Shown: in pieces, positions 18,701 through 27,340 of the stretch
How the letters are laid out: each line of letters opens with the position of its first letter
Numbering within the stretch: the first letter of the stretch is position 1
Assembly (NCBI GenBank): GCA_963764715.1
Contig: CAVXTP010000003.1
Span: forward strand, 117,816-181,815
DNA: 64,000 nucleotides
Direction: 5' to 3'
From: an uncultured Acidobacteriota bacterium
Lineage (GTDB): Bacteria > Acidobacteriota > Thermoanaerobaculia > UBA5066 > Gp7-AA6
The notes under the pieces: model-generated
Told to the model about the DNA's origin: nothing
Seen by the model: the letters and a program-made list of their open reading frames with translations, nothing else
Database searches by the model: none
Translations under genes and position numbers: made by a program

Positions 18701-19208
18701 CCTGAAGGAGCGCGCGCTCCGCGCCTACGAGCGGGGCCGGCTCCGGCGGGCCCTCGTGCCGGCGGCCCTCATTCCGCCGGTCGCCTCGCTCGCCTTCGTC
18801 CAGTGCGCGCAGCCCCTGCCGTCGATCGCCTGCGCCGTCGCGCTCGGCGTGGTCGTCGCCGCCATGCTTCACCGCGGGCAGGACTGGGGCCGCGGGGCGC
18901 GGGCCGGCCTGGCGGCGGGAATCGCGCCATTCCTCGTCCCTCCGGCGATCGAGGCCATCGGCTCGCCGGCCCTGTGCGACGCGCTCCCCTGGTTCTGCGC
19001 CGCGGGGGGCGCGGTGGCGGGCCTCGTGCTCGCGTCGCGCCGGAGCGTACGCCTCGAGAACGCCCGCGCCTACTGGGTCACGGCGGCCCTCGTCACGCTC
19101 CTCGCGGGCAGCATCGGCTGCTGGATCGCGGGCGTCGCCGGGCTCGCGGGCCTCGCCGCCGGCCTCGCGGCCGGAGCGGCGCCCCTGCTCTACCCGGTCA
19201 GGACCTGA
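18684..19208 (+). CDS. putative membrane anti-sigma factor (multi-TM, Cys-containing)
   Basis: Overlaps the sigma gene; about 5-6 hydrophobic helices; 5 Cys in or near TM segments. Confidence 0.6.
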   Translation: MDRRPDLKERALRAYERGRLRRALVPAALIPPVASLAFVQCAQPLPSIACAVALGVVVAAMLHRGQDWGRGARAGLAAGIAPFLVPPAIEAIGSPALCDALPWFCAAGGAVAGLVLASRRSVRLENARAYWVTAALVTLLAGSIGCWIAGVAGLAGLAAGLAAGAAPLLYPVRT

Positions 19209-19827
19209 CGCGGTTCTTGCGCCACTCGTTGCCCGCCGCGATCAGGCCCGGCAGGATCGAGAGGAAGACGACCGCGATGATGACGATCTCGATGTGCTCC
19301 TTGACGCCCGGGATCTGGCCGAGAAAGTAGCCGATCAGCGTCATCGAGAGCACCCAGAGGATTCCGCCGAAGACGTTGAACGACAGGAACCGCCGGTACT
19401 CCATCTGGCCCATGCCCGCGACGATCGGGGCGAACGTCCGGACGATCGGCATGAAGCGCGCGAGCACGATCGTCTTGCCGCCGTGCTTCTCGTAGAAGTC
19501 GTGCGCCCGGCGCAGGTGCGCCGGGTTGAAGAAGAGGGACTTCGGCCGCTTGAAGAGGGCCGGCCCGGTCTTGCGCCCGAACCAGTAGCCGACGGTGTCG
19601 CCGAGGATCGCCGCCGCCATCAGCACCAGGTTCAGGTGGACGATGTCGAGCTGCCCCGTCCCGGCGAAGACGCCGGCCGTCACGAGCAGCGAGTCGCCCG
19701 GGAGAAAGAACCCGACGAGCAGGCCGGTCTCGGCGAAGACGATGATCGTCATCGCCGTCAGACCGCCGACCCGGACGAGCGTCTCGACGTCGGTGAGCTG
19801 GTGGAAGAGGTGCTTGAACCACTCCAT
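19198..19827 (-). CDS. DedA family membrane protein
   Basis: FAETGLLVGFFLPGDSLL, ARFMPIVRTFAP. Confidence 0.93.
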   Translation of the reverse strand: MEWFKHLFHQLTDVETLVRVGGLTAMTIIVFAETGLLVGFFLPGDSLLVTAGVFAGTGQLDIVHLNLVLMAAAILGDTVGYWFGRKTGPALFKRPKSLFFNPAHLRRAHDFYEKHGGKTIVLARFMPIVRTFAPIVAGMGQMEYRRFLSFNVFGGILWVLSMTLIGYFLGQIPGVKEHIEIVIIAVVFLSILPGLIAAGNEWRKNRVRS

Positions 19828-19869
19828 GGGCGAGCGGATGGTAGCAGGCTCGGGTAGGATTTGCCCCCG

Positions 19870-20265
19870 ATGGCCGAGTACACCGACGAACACGCCCGCG
19901 CCGGGATCGACGCGCCCCTTCCGCCGATCGAGACCTGGCCCAACCAGTACCCCGACTACGAGATCGTGGTCGAGATCCCGGAGTACAACGCGATCTGCCC
20001 GAAGACCGAGCTGCCGGACTTCGGACACCTCACGATCCGTTACGTGCCGGACCGCCTGTGCCTGGAGCTCAAGTCCCTGAAGCTCTACATCGTGGCGTAC
20101 CGCAACGTCGGGATCTTCTACGAGAACGCCGTCAACCGGATCCTCGCCGACTGTGTCGCGGCCTGCCGGCCGAAGCGCATGTCGATCACGGGCCGCTTCT
20201 CGTCCCGCGGCGGGATCTCCTCGACGATCGAAGCGAAGTACCCGGCGGGCGAGGCGCGCATCTAG
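19870..20265 (+). CDS. queF: preQ0 (7-cyano-7-deazaguanine) reductase, type 1
   Basis: CPKTELPDFG, ELKSLKLY, FYENAVN, RGGI. Confidence 0.93.
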   Translation: MAEYTDEHARAGIDAPLPPIETWPNQYPDYEIVVEIPEYNAICPKTELPDFGHLTIRYVPDRLCLELKSLKLYIVAYRNVGIFYENAVNRILADCVAACRPKRMSITGRFSSRGGISSTIEAKYPAGEARI

Positions 20266-21110
20266 GCGGTCGCCGGCGCGCCCTGGAACTCGGCCACCAG
20301 GGCCTCCTTCAGCATCCGTGCCGCCGGGCCGGGCTTCCCGTTGCCGATCACCCGGTTCTCGACCGAGACGATGGGGTACGTCCACATCGTCGTCGAGGCG
20401 AGGAACGCTTCCTGGGCCGAGCAGAGCTCCTCGACCGTGAACGCGCGCTCCTCGACGGTGAAGCCGAGGCGGCGGGCGGCGTCGATCGTGGCCGTGCGGG
20501 TGACTCCGGGCAGGATGCGGGGTCCGTTGGGGGCCGTGCGCACGATCCCGCGGTCGACGATGAAGACGTTGGCCTTGGTCGCCTCGAGCGCGAACCCGTC
20601 GCGCACGAGGATGGCGTCGATCGCCCCGGCCTCCCGGGCCTTCTGGGCCGCGAGGACGTTCGGCAGGAGCATGACGCTCTTGATGTCGCACCGTCCCCAG
20701 CGCTCGTCGGTCAGGAGGATCACCTTGCCGCCCTCGGCGGGCGGCGGCGGGTCCACCGCGCGCGCGAAGGCAAAGACGGTCGGAGTCGTCCCCTCCGGCG
20801 GGAAGGCGTGGTAACGGGGCGCCGCGCCGCGGGAGACCTGCGCGTAGACGAAGGCGTCCTTATCCGCGAGGCCGTTCTCCTGGAGAAGGCGCCGGCCGAC
20901 CTCGGGAAAGAAGTCGGGCGAAGCCTTGATCCGGATTGCGGCGAGGCCCTCGCGCATCCGCTCGACGTGGGCCTCGAGATGATACGGACGGCCCCGCCAG
21001 TAGCGCACGACCTCGTAGATGGCGTCCGCGAAGAGGAACCCGCGGTCGAGCGGCGAGATGCGGGCCTCGGCTTCGGGCAGATAGCGGCCGTCGAGATACA
21101 GGATCGCCAT
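20262..21110 (-). CDS. class IV PLP aminotransferase (D-amino-acid transaminase-like)
   Basis: DRGFLFADAIYEV, RCDIKSVMLLPN, ILPGVTR, EAFLASTT. Confidence 0.88.
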   Translation of the reverse strand: MAILYLDGRYLPEAEARISPLDRGFLFADAIYEVVRYWRGRPYHLEAHVERMREGLAAIRIKASPDFFPEVGRRLLQENGLADKDAFVYAQVSRGAAPRYHAFPPEGTTPTVFAFARAVDPPPPAEGGKVILLTDERWGRCDIKSVMLLPNVLAAQKAREAGAIDAILVRDGFALEATKANVFIVDRGIVRTAPNGPRILPGVTRTATIDAARRLGFTVEERAFTVEELCSAQEAFLASTTMWTYPIVSVENRVIGNGKPGPAARMLKEALVAEFQGAPATA

Positions 21111-21124
21111 GGCGCGGGATGCTA

Positions 21125-21889
21125 TCAGCGGCGTCGCGCGGCCTCGAACTCCTCGACCGCGCGCCGGAGGTCGTCGCTCCCCGCGAGCTTCCGGTAGGCG
21201 TCCTCGGCCGCCGGCAGCCGCCCCTCGAGCGCATCGCGCCGGGCGCGCCGGACGAGACCGAGCGCTGCGGAAAGCGCCGCGGGAGACGCCGAGAGGATGC
21301 GTGCCGCCAGCGTCTCGGTCTCCGCCGCGAGCCGCTCGGGCGCGACGGCGCGCGCGGCGAATCCGGCTTCCGCGGCCGCGCGGCCCGAGTGAGTCTCTCC
21401 CGTCAGGATCCACTCAGCCGCCCGCGCCTCGCCGATGCGAAGCGGCAGGAGCACGGCGGCGCCGGGCGGAAAGCACGCGAGCCGGATCTCGGGGAAGCCG
21501 ACGCGCGCGTCCTCGGCGACGAGCACGAGGTCGCAGGCCGCGACGAGCTCGGCTCCCCCTCCGAGGCACGCCCCGGACACGGAAGCGAGCGTGACGGCGG
21601 GCGTCTCGACCAGGGCGCGGAGCACCCGGCGCATCGCGCCGAGCATCTCCTCGATGAGAGCCGGCTCGGGAGCGTGCGCGGCGACGTCGACGCCGGCGGA
21701 AAACGCGCGCGGGAGGCCCCGGAGGACGAGCAGGCGCGCCGGCGGCGCGGCCTCGATCGATTCGGCGAGCGCGGCGAGCGCCGCGGGATCGAGGACGTTG
21801 ACCGGCGGGAGGTCGATCCAAAGGTCCGCCCGGGCGCCGCCCGGCGCGCGCTCCAGCCGGACCCCCGCGCCCGCCGGTGACGGCGTCAC
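21125..21889 (-). CDS. enoyl-CoA hydratase, cyclohexa-1,5-dienecarbonyl-CoA hydratase (Dch/BamR)-like
   Basis: PPVNVLD, FSAGVDVAAH, GACLGGGAELVAACD, FPEIRLACFPP; GTGA overlap with upstream gene. Confidence 0.8.
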   Translation of the reverse strand: MTPSPAGAGVRLERAPGGARADLWIDLPPVNVLDPAALAALAESIEAAPPARLLVLRGLPRAFSAGVDVAAHAPEPALIEEMLGAMRRVLRALVETPAVTLASVSGACLGGGAELVAACDLVLVAEDARVGFPEIRLACFPPGAAVLLPLRIGEARAAEWILTGETHSGRAAAEAGFAARAVAPERLAAETETLAARILSASPAALSAALGLVRRARRDALEGRLPAAEDAYRKLAGSDDLRRAVEEFEAARRR

Positions 21890-22833
21890 TTCTTCGCGGG
21901 CGTCGGGGCCGGCGCGGCCGCCGGGGTCGTGCTCTTCGCGGCCTTGTCGCGCATCGCCTTGACGGAGGCCTTGATGTTGGCGATGTGCGCGTCGGTCAGC
22001 TGCACGCCCTTGATCGTGTTCTCGGGATCGCGAAGCTGCGCGTCGACCATCGAATCGGCCGTGCCGGCGTCGACGAGCTTCTTCGCCAGCGTGGCGACGG
22101 CGTGCACGTACGCACCCGTTTCCTTGATGCCGGCGGGCGAGCCGATGTCGCCGTGTCCGGGCACGAGCTTCTCGACCGGGACGTGCACGAGGGCCTCGAG
22201 GGCGCGCTCCCAGCCGGCCGGGTCGACGTCGGGCGACTGCATGAAGGGCTGGCGGCCGTTGGCGACGAGGTCGCCGCTGAAGAGGATCTTGTCGCCCGCG
22301 AGGTACACGACGAGATCGTTCGCCGTGTGGCCGCCGCCGAGGTAGTAGATCTGGACGTTGTGGATCCCGTCGAGCTGGATGGATCGCTCGGAGATCGACT
22401 CGACGACCGGGCGCAGGTCGGCCTTCCCCGCGAGCGGGTCGGCGGGGTCCGTCGACGCCTGGGTCACGTACGCCAGGATCTGGCCCGCGATCCCCTCGTG
22501 GCAGATGACCCGGGCGCCGGCCGCGACGAACGCGCGCGCGCCGCCGCTGTGATCCGCGTGGCCGTGGGTCAGGACGACGGCGCGGACGGGCTTTCCGCCC
22601 GTCGTCGAGGCGATCTGCTTGAGGATCTCGCGGGCGGTCGCGGAGTCCGCGCCGGAATCGACCGCCACGACGCCGTCGCCGAGCAGGAACCACCCCACGT
22701 TGGCCCCCTTGTCGGGGATGGCCGCCCAGACCCCGTCGGCGAGCTTGTCGACCTTGACGGCCTGGGCGGAAAGCGGAGAAACGAGCAGGGCGGCGGCCAG
22801 GGCGAGAACCGGGGCGATCCAGCGGATCTTCAT
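21886..22833 (-). CDS. secreted MBL-fold metallo-hydrolase
   Basis: Signal peptide, THGHADH, GGHT, SGDL, VPGHG. Confidence 0.9.
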   Translation of the reverse strand: MKIRWIAPVLALAAALLVSPLSAQAVKVDKLADGVWAAIPDKGANVGWFLLGDGVVAVDSGADSATAREILKQIASTTGGKPVRAVVLTHGHADHSGGARAFVAAGARVICHEGIAGQILAYVTQASTDPADPLAGKADLRPVVESISERSIQLDGIHNVQIYYLGGGHTANDLVVYLAGDKILFSGDLVANGRQPFMQSPDVDPAGWERALEALVHVPVEKLVPGHGDIGSPAGIKETGAYVHAVATLAKKLVDAGTADSMVDAQLRDPENTIKGVQLTDAHIANIKASVKAMRDKAAKSTTPAAAPAPTPAKK

Positions 22834-22879
22834 CGCAGACACTCCTTCGAATCCTTCATGGGCGGAAATCCGGCTCCAC

Positions 22880-22904
22880 AACGCGGGCCGGTCCCGAAAA
22901 TTCC
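22880..22904 (-). promoter_or_regulatory. putative ECF-sigma promoter for the MBL-hydratase operon
   Basis: GGAAT-N16-CGTT on the minus strand, about 47 bp upstream of the ATG. Confidence 0.45.
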
Positions 22905-22905
22905 G

Positions 22906-23619
22906 TCAGCGGCGCGACGCGGCCCGGCGCGCCGCCTCGGCGAACCCGGCGAAGAGCCGGCGGGAGACCGGATCGCCCGCGGGGGCGAGGTTCTCGGGGT
23001 GCCACTGGACCGCGACGAGCCAGGGTCCCGCCTCCGCCTCTACCGCTTCCACCGCTTCGGCCAGGCCGTCGGGCGAGGTGCCGGAGACCGCGAGCCCGGG
23101 CGCCACCGCCTCGATGGCCTGGTGGTGCCGGCTGTTGACGAGGACCTCCTCGCCGCCGGAGAGCTCGGCGAGCCAGGTCCCCGGCTCGACCGCCACGGCA
23201 TGGTCCCGGCGCAGCTTGTCCTTCTTGCGCTCGTGCACGACGTCCGACGGCCGCTCGGTCGGGATGTCCTGCACCAGGGTGCCGCCGAGCGCCACGTTGA
23301 CGACCTGGAGCCCGCGGCAGATCCCGAGAACGGGAGCCCCGCGGCGGCGCGCGAGATCGAAGAGCTCGAAGTCGATCCGGTCCCGCTCGGCGTCGACCTC
23401 GAGCGTCCCGTTGCCGAGGGGCTCGCGTCCGTACCGCGCCGGATCCACGTCCGCGCCGCCGCCGAGGACGAGCGCGTCGAAGGCCGCGGGCGGATTCGCT
23501 GAGAGCGGCGTGACGATCTCGATCGAGTCCCGCGGCACGCCGGCCTCGAGCAGGCTCTGGAGGTAGTCGTTCGACTCGGACGTGTCGGAGTCCCGGTCGA
23601 GCGTCAGGGCGATGCGCAT
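22906..23619 (-). CDS. gamma-glutamyl-gamma-aminobutyrate hydrolase family (peptidase C26)
   Basis: GGADVDP, GICRGLQ, NSRHHQA, VQWHPE. Confidence 0.92.
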   Translation of the reverse strand: MRIALTLDRDSDTSESNDYLQSLLEAGVPRDSIEIVTPLSANPPAAFDALVLGGGADVDPARYGREPLGNGTLEVDAERDRIDFELFDLARRRGAPVLGICRGLQVVNVALGGTLVQDIPTERPSDVVHERKKDKLRRDHAVAVEPGTWLAELSGGEEVLVNSRHHQAIEAVAPGLAVSGTSPDGLAEAVEAVEAEAGPWLVAVQWHPENLAPAGDPVSRRLFAGFAEAARRAASRR

Positions 23620-23666
23620 GGGCTCATTGTACGGGTGGAGGCGGCGGCGCGGCGGCGCGGGGCCGG

Positions 23667-24845
23667 CTACGGGCGCTCGAAGAGCACCGCCATCCCCATG
23701 CCGCCCGAGATGCAGAGGGTGGCGAGGCCGCGCTTCGCGCCGCGGCGCTTCATCTCGTGGAGGAGCGTCGTCGTGATCCGGGCCCCGGTCGCGCCGATCG
23801 GATGGCCGAGAGCGATCGCCCCGCCGTTGACGTTGACCTTCGCGAGGTCGAGCGAGAGGTCCCGGGCGCACGCGATCAGCTGCGCCGCGAACGCCTCGTT
23901 GAGCTCAATCAGGTCGATGTCGGAGAGTGAAAGCTTCGTCTTCTCGAGAAGGGCGCGGACGGCCGGCACGGGTCCGATCCCCATGCGCGCCGGATCGACG
24001 CCCGCCGAGGCCCAGGCGACCACGCGGGCGAGCGGCTCGACGCCGGCCTTCGCGGCCTCCTCGTCGGTGGCGAGCACGAGCGCCGCCGCGCCGTCGGTGA
24101 TCCCGGAGGAGTTCCCGGCGTGGACCGTGCCCGACGGATCGAAGACCGGCGGGAGCCTCGCCAGCGCCTCGAGGGTCGTGTCGGGCCGCGGGTGCTCGTC
24201 GGCGGCGACCTCGACGGGCCCCTTCTTCCCCGCGACCGAGACCGGCGCGAGCTCCGCCGCGAAGCGTCCCGAGCGGATCGCTTCCCCCGCGCGCCGCTGC
24301 GTCTCGACCGCGAAGGCGTCCTGCTCGGCGCGCAGGATCCCGTACTCGCGCGCCAGCGTCTCGGCGGTCGCGCCCATCAGCTCGCCGCAGAGCGGGCACA
24401 GGAAGCCGTCACGGTACATGCCGTCGACGAGCTCGCCGTGGCCCATCCGCATGCCGAAGCGGGCGCGCGTCAGCATGTACGGCGTCGCGGACATGCACTC
24501 CGCCCCACCCGCCAGGACCACGTCGTTCTCGCCCGAGCCGATCGTGAGCGCCCCGAGCGTCAGCGCCTTGAGCGACGAGCCGCAGGCCTTGTTGACGGTG
24601 AAGGCCGGGACGGAGTCGGGGATCCCCGCGCGGTGCGAAACCTGGCGCGCGGTGTTCGGCCCGCCGCCCGCCTGACGGGCGTGGCCGAAGATCGTCTCGT
24701 CGACCGCGGCCGGCGGCAGCCCCGATCTCTCGATCGCCGCCTTCGCCGCGACCTCGCCGAGGTCGGCCGCCGACATCGACGCGAACGCCCCGCCGAACTT
24801 GCCGATCGGCGTGCGCGCCGCGGAGAGGACGAAGACCGGTCGCAT
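23667..24845 (-). CDS. acetyl-CoA C-acyltransferase (thiolase)
   Basis: NKACGSS, NEAFA, GHPIGATG, CISGGMG. Confidence 0.94.
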   Translation of the reverse strand: MRPVFVLSAARTPIGKFGGAFASMSAADLGEVAAKAAIERSGLPPAAVDETIFGHARQAGGGPNTARQVSHRAGIPDSVPAFTVNKACGSSLKALTLGALTIGSGENDVVLAGGAECMSATPYMLTRARFGMRMGHGELVDGMYRDGFLCPLCGELMGATAETLAREYGILRAEQDAFAVETQRRAGEAIRSGRFAAELAPVSVAGKKGPVEVAADEHPRPDTTLEALARLPPVFDPSGTVHAGNSSGITDGAAALVLATDEEAAKAGVEPLARVVAWASAGVDPARMGIGPVPAVRALLEKTKLSLSDIDLIELNEAFAAQLIACARDLSLDLAKVNVNGGAIALGHPIGATGARITTTLLHEMKRRGAKRGLATLCISGGMGMAVLFERP

Positions 24846-24906
24846 GGGGAGCGCGGATTATAAAGGACCGTCGACGCCCAGGCAGATGGCGGATTGGCTC
24901 CCGGAT

Positions 24907-24931
24907 GTAGGGGCGGGGCTTGTCCCCGCCC
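24907..24931. repeat. GTAG-family REP element
   Basis: GTAGGGGCGGGGCTTGTCCCCGCCC; near-identical copy at 36306. Confidence 0.8.
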
Positions 24932-24962
24932 TCTCTCACCGCCTCGAGGGCCGCTCGTCGAG

Positions 24963-25847
24963 TCAGATGACGGGTAGGTGCACCGTGAACGTCGAGCCCT
25001 TCCCCACCACGCTTTCCGCGCTGACGCGTCCCTTGTGGGCCTCGACGATCCACCGGACGATCGAGAGCCCGAGCCCGGACCCGCCGGGATTGGCGGCGCG
25101 CGAGCGCTTGGAGCGGTAGAAGCGCTCGAAGACGAACGGCAGGTCGGCCTCCGGGATGCCGATCCCCGTGTCCGAGACCGAGATCCGCGCTTCCCCGGGA
25201 GCGGCGGCCACGACCACCCGGATCTTCCCGCCGGCCTCCGTGTAGCGCAGGCTGTTCTCGATCAGGTTGTGGAGGACCTGCTGCAGGCGCCCCGAGTCGG
25301 CGAAGACGAAGACCGGCAGCGCCGGGACCTCGGCCGTCAGCTCGAGGCCGTGGTCCGAGGCCGCGATCGCGAGGTCCTTCACGACCTCCGACGCGAACCG
25401 GCCGACGTCCAGGTTCGTGAACGAGAGCGTCACGCGGCCGCTTTCGCCGCGCGTCAGGAAGAGCAGGTTCTGCGAGATGCGGGTCAGGTGGCGGACCTCG
25501 AGGATGGCGCTTCCGATCGCCTCCCGGTACTCCTCGGCGGAGCGCTCCTCCTCGAGCGCGACCTCCAGCGACCCGCGGAGCACCGTCAGCGGCGTCCGCA
25601 GCTCGTGGGAGACGTCGGCGATGAACTGCTGCTGCTCCTTCTCGGCCGAGGCGAGCGAGTCGAGCCGCGCGTTGAGCCGGTCGGCCAGACGGCGAGCGTC
25701 CTCGCCGAGGCCCTCCGTCGTGATCCGGCCGAGCGGCCGCTTCTCGGCCTCCTCCAGCCTCCGTTCGAGGACCGCGAACGGAGACGGCTCGGGCGCCGTG
25801 GGCGCCGGGGCGGCCCCGCCGAAGAGCTTCCCGAGGAGCCCGCTCAC
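24963..25847 (-). CDS. histidine kinase lacking TM/sensor region
   Basis: DVSHELRTPLT H box, NLIENSLRYT, DTGIGIP, FERFYR, GSGLGL; GTGA overlap with the response regulator. Confidence 0.88.
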   Translation of the reverse strand: MSGLLGKLFGGAAPAPTAPEPSPFAVLERRLEEAEKRPLGRITTEGLGEDARRLADRLNARLDSLASAEKEQQQFIADVSHELRTPLTVLRGSLEVALEEERSAEEYREAIGSAILEVRHLTRISQNLLFLTRGESGRVTLSFTNLDVGRFASEVVKDLAIAASDHGLELTAEVPALPVFVFADSGRLQQVLHNLIENSLRYTEAGGKIRVVVAAAPGEARISVSDTGIGIPEADLPFVFERFYRSKRSRAANPGGSGLGLSIVRWIVEAHKGRVSAESVVGKGSTFTVHLPVI

Positions 25848-26539
25848 CGGTCCGGCGCCGCGTCCCCGGCCTCGCGCACGCGATAGCCGACCCCGCGGAC
25901 CGTCTGGATCAGGCGCTCGCGCTCGCCGCCGTCGATCTTCTTGCGCAGGGCGTTGATGTAGACGTCGATGATGTTGGTCGAGAGGTCGAACGAGTCCTCC
26001 CAGATCCTCGCCTGGATCTCGGAGCGCGGCACGACCTTGCCCCGCCGCCGCAGCAGCAGCTCGAAGAGGGCGCCCTCGCGGACCGTCAGCCGCACGGTCT
26101 CGCCGCCGCGCGACACCTCGCGGGACTCGGGCTCGTAGGTCAGGTCGTCGAAGACGAGGGGTCCGGGCGGCGTGACTTCCGTGCGGCGCAGGAGGGCGCG
26201 CAGCCGCGCCATCAGCTCCCGGAACGAGAAGGGCTTGACCAGGTAGTCGTCGGCGCCCGCGTCGAGGCCCTCGATCTTGTTCTCGATGGTGTCGCGCGCC
26301 GTGAGCATCAGGATCTTGGCGCCCACGCCGCGCGTGCGCAGCTCCCGGCAGAGCTCGAGGCCGTCGCGGGAGCCCTGGAGCATCAGGTCCAGGATGATGA
26401 GGTCCGGCTCGCCGGCGACGATCTTCTCGAGCGCCGCGTCGGCGTCGCCGACCGCCTCGACGGCGTAGCCCTTCTCGGTCAGGCCCTTCCGGAGGAACTG
26501 GGCAATCCGCTGCTCGTCCTCGACGACGAGGACCTTCAT
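25844..26539 (-). CDS. OmpR-family response regulator (CusR/CzcR-like)
   Basis: VVEDE, LDLML, GADDYLVKPF, TNIIDVYINALRKKID, TVRGVGY. Confidence 0.94.
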   Translation of the reverse strand: MKVLVVEDEQRIAQFLRKGLTEKGYAVEAVGDADAALEKIVAGEPDLIILDLMLQGSRDGLELCRELRTRGVGAKILMLTARDTIENKIEGLDAGADDYLVKPFSFRELMARLRALLRRTEVTPPGPLVFDDLTYEPESREVSRGGETVRLTVREGALFELLLRRRGKVVPRSEIQARIWEDSFDLSTNIIDVYINALRKKIDGGERERLIQTVRGVGYRVREAGDAAPDR

Positions 26540-26757
26540 CGCGGGGCCTCCGTCTCGTCCGGCGGAGGCGCCGCGGTCCCGCCGGCACGCTTCATGAATG
26601 ACACGACGAAGACGGAACCCGCTCCCGCGGCAAACCCGGCCGCGAAAGAGGAATGGGGAGGCTCCAGCACCACGGCCCCGATCGCGCCGGCGGCGAGGAG
26701 GCCAAAGACGAGGAGGCGGGACACCGCGATCGGCGGCACGGCGGGAATCATAGGCAT
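26536..26757 (-). CDS. small two-TM hypothetical protein
   Basis: MPMIPAVPPIAVSRLLVFGLLAAGAIGAVVLE...FAAGFAAGAGSVFVVSF; ATGA overlap with the response regulator. Confidence 0.55.
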   Translation of the reverse strand: MPMIPAVPPIAVSRLLVFGLLAAGAIGAVVLEPPHSSFAAGFAAGAGSVFVVSFMKRAGGTAAPPPDETEAPR

Positions 26758-26797
26758 CCGGACGGTTATTATGACCGCCTTAATGAAGGAGGAAGAA

Positions 26798-27340
26798 ATG
26801 AGGCGAATCGGAACATTCGTAGCGGCCGCGGCCGGGACGGCCGCTCTGCTGTGCCTGACGGGCTTCCGGGCCCCCGAGCCGGCTCCCCAGGCCACCGCCC
26901 AGATCGAGTCGCGAAGCGGCTCGAAGGTCACGGGCAAGGCCGTCTTCACGGAGCTGCCCTCGGGCGGCACCAAGGTCGAGGTCTGGGTCGAGAACGCGAA
27001 GCCGGGCGTCCACGGCATCCATCTCCACGAGAAGGGCGACTGCTCGGCGCCCGACGCGACTTCGGCCGGGCCGCACTTCAACCCGACCGGCAACCCGCAC
27101 GCCGGGCCCGCCGACGCGAAGCACCACGCGGGTGACTGGGGCAACATCACGGTCGGCGCCGACGGGAAGGGCCATCTCGAGATCACGACCGACATGCTCA
27201 CGGTCAAGCCGGGGCCGAACTCGGTCGTCGGCAAGGCCGTCGTGTTCCACGACAAGCCCGATGATCTCAAGACGCAGCCCACGGGGGACGCGGGGGGACG
27301 GTTCGGGTGCGGAGTGGTCGTGATGGGCGGAGGCAAGTAA
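26798..27340 (+). CDS. sodC: Cu/Zn superoxide dismutase, exported
   Basis: HGIHLHEKGDCS, GPHFNP, HAGDWGN, HDKPDD, GDAGGRFGCG; AGGAGG RBS. Confidence 0.93.
   Translation: MRRIGTFVAAAAGTAALLCLTGFRAPEPAPQATAQIESRSGSKVTGKAVFTELPSGGTKVEVWVENAKPGVHGIHLHEKGDCSAPDATSAGPHFNPTGNPHAGPADAKHHAGDWGNITVGADGKGHLEITTDMLTVKPGPNSVVGKAVVFHDKPDDLKTQPTGDAGGRFGCGVVVMGGGK

Noticed and set aside
19828-19869. preQ1 riboswitch upstream of queF
   Set aside because: Only 42 bp shared with dedA; no preQ1 stem or A-rich tail
21125-22693. Apparent long fusions in the ORF track (also 24963-26588, 37020-39281, 44594-47665, 57419-59806, 61399-63609)
   Set aside because: N-terminal extensions are out-of-frame reads of neighbouring genes; internal starts with 4-bp overlaps or -10 boxes explain the real CDSs
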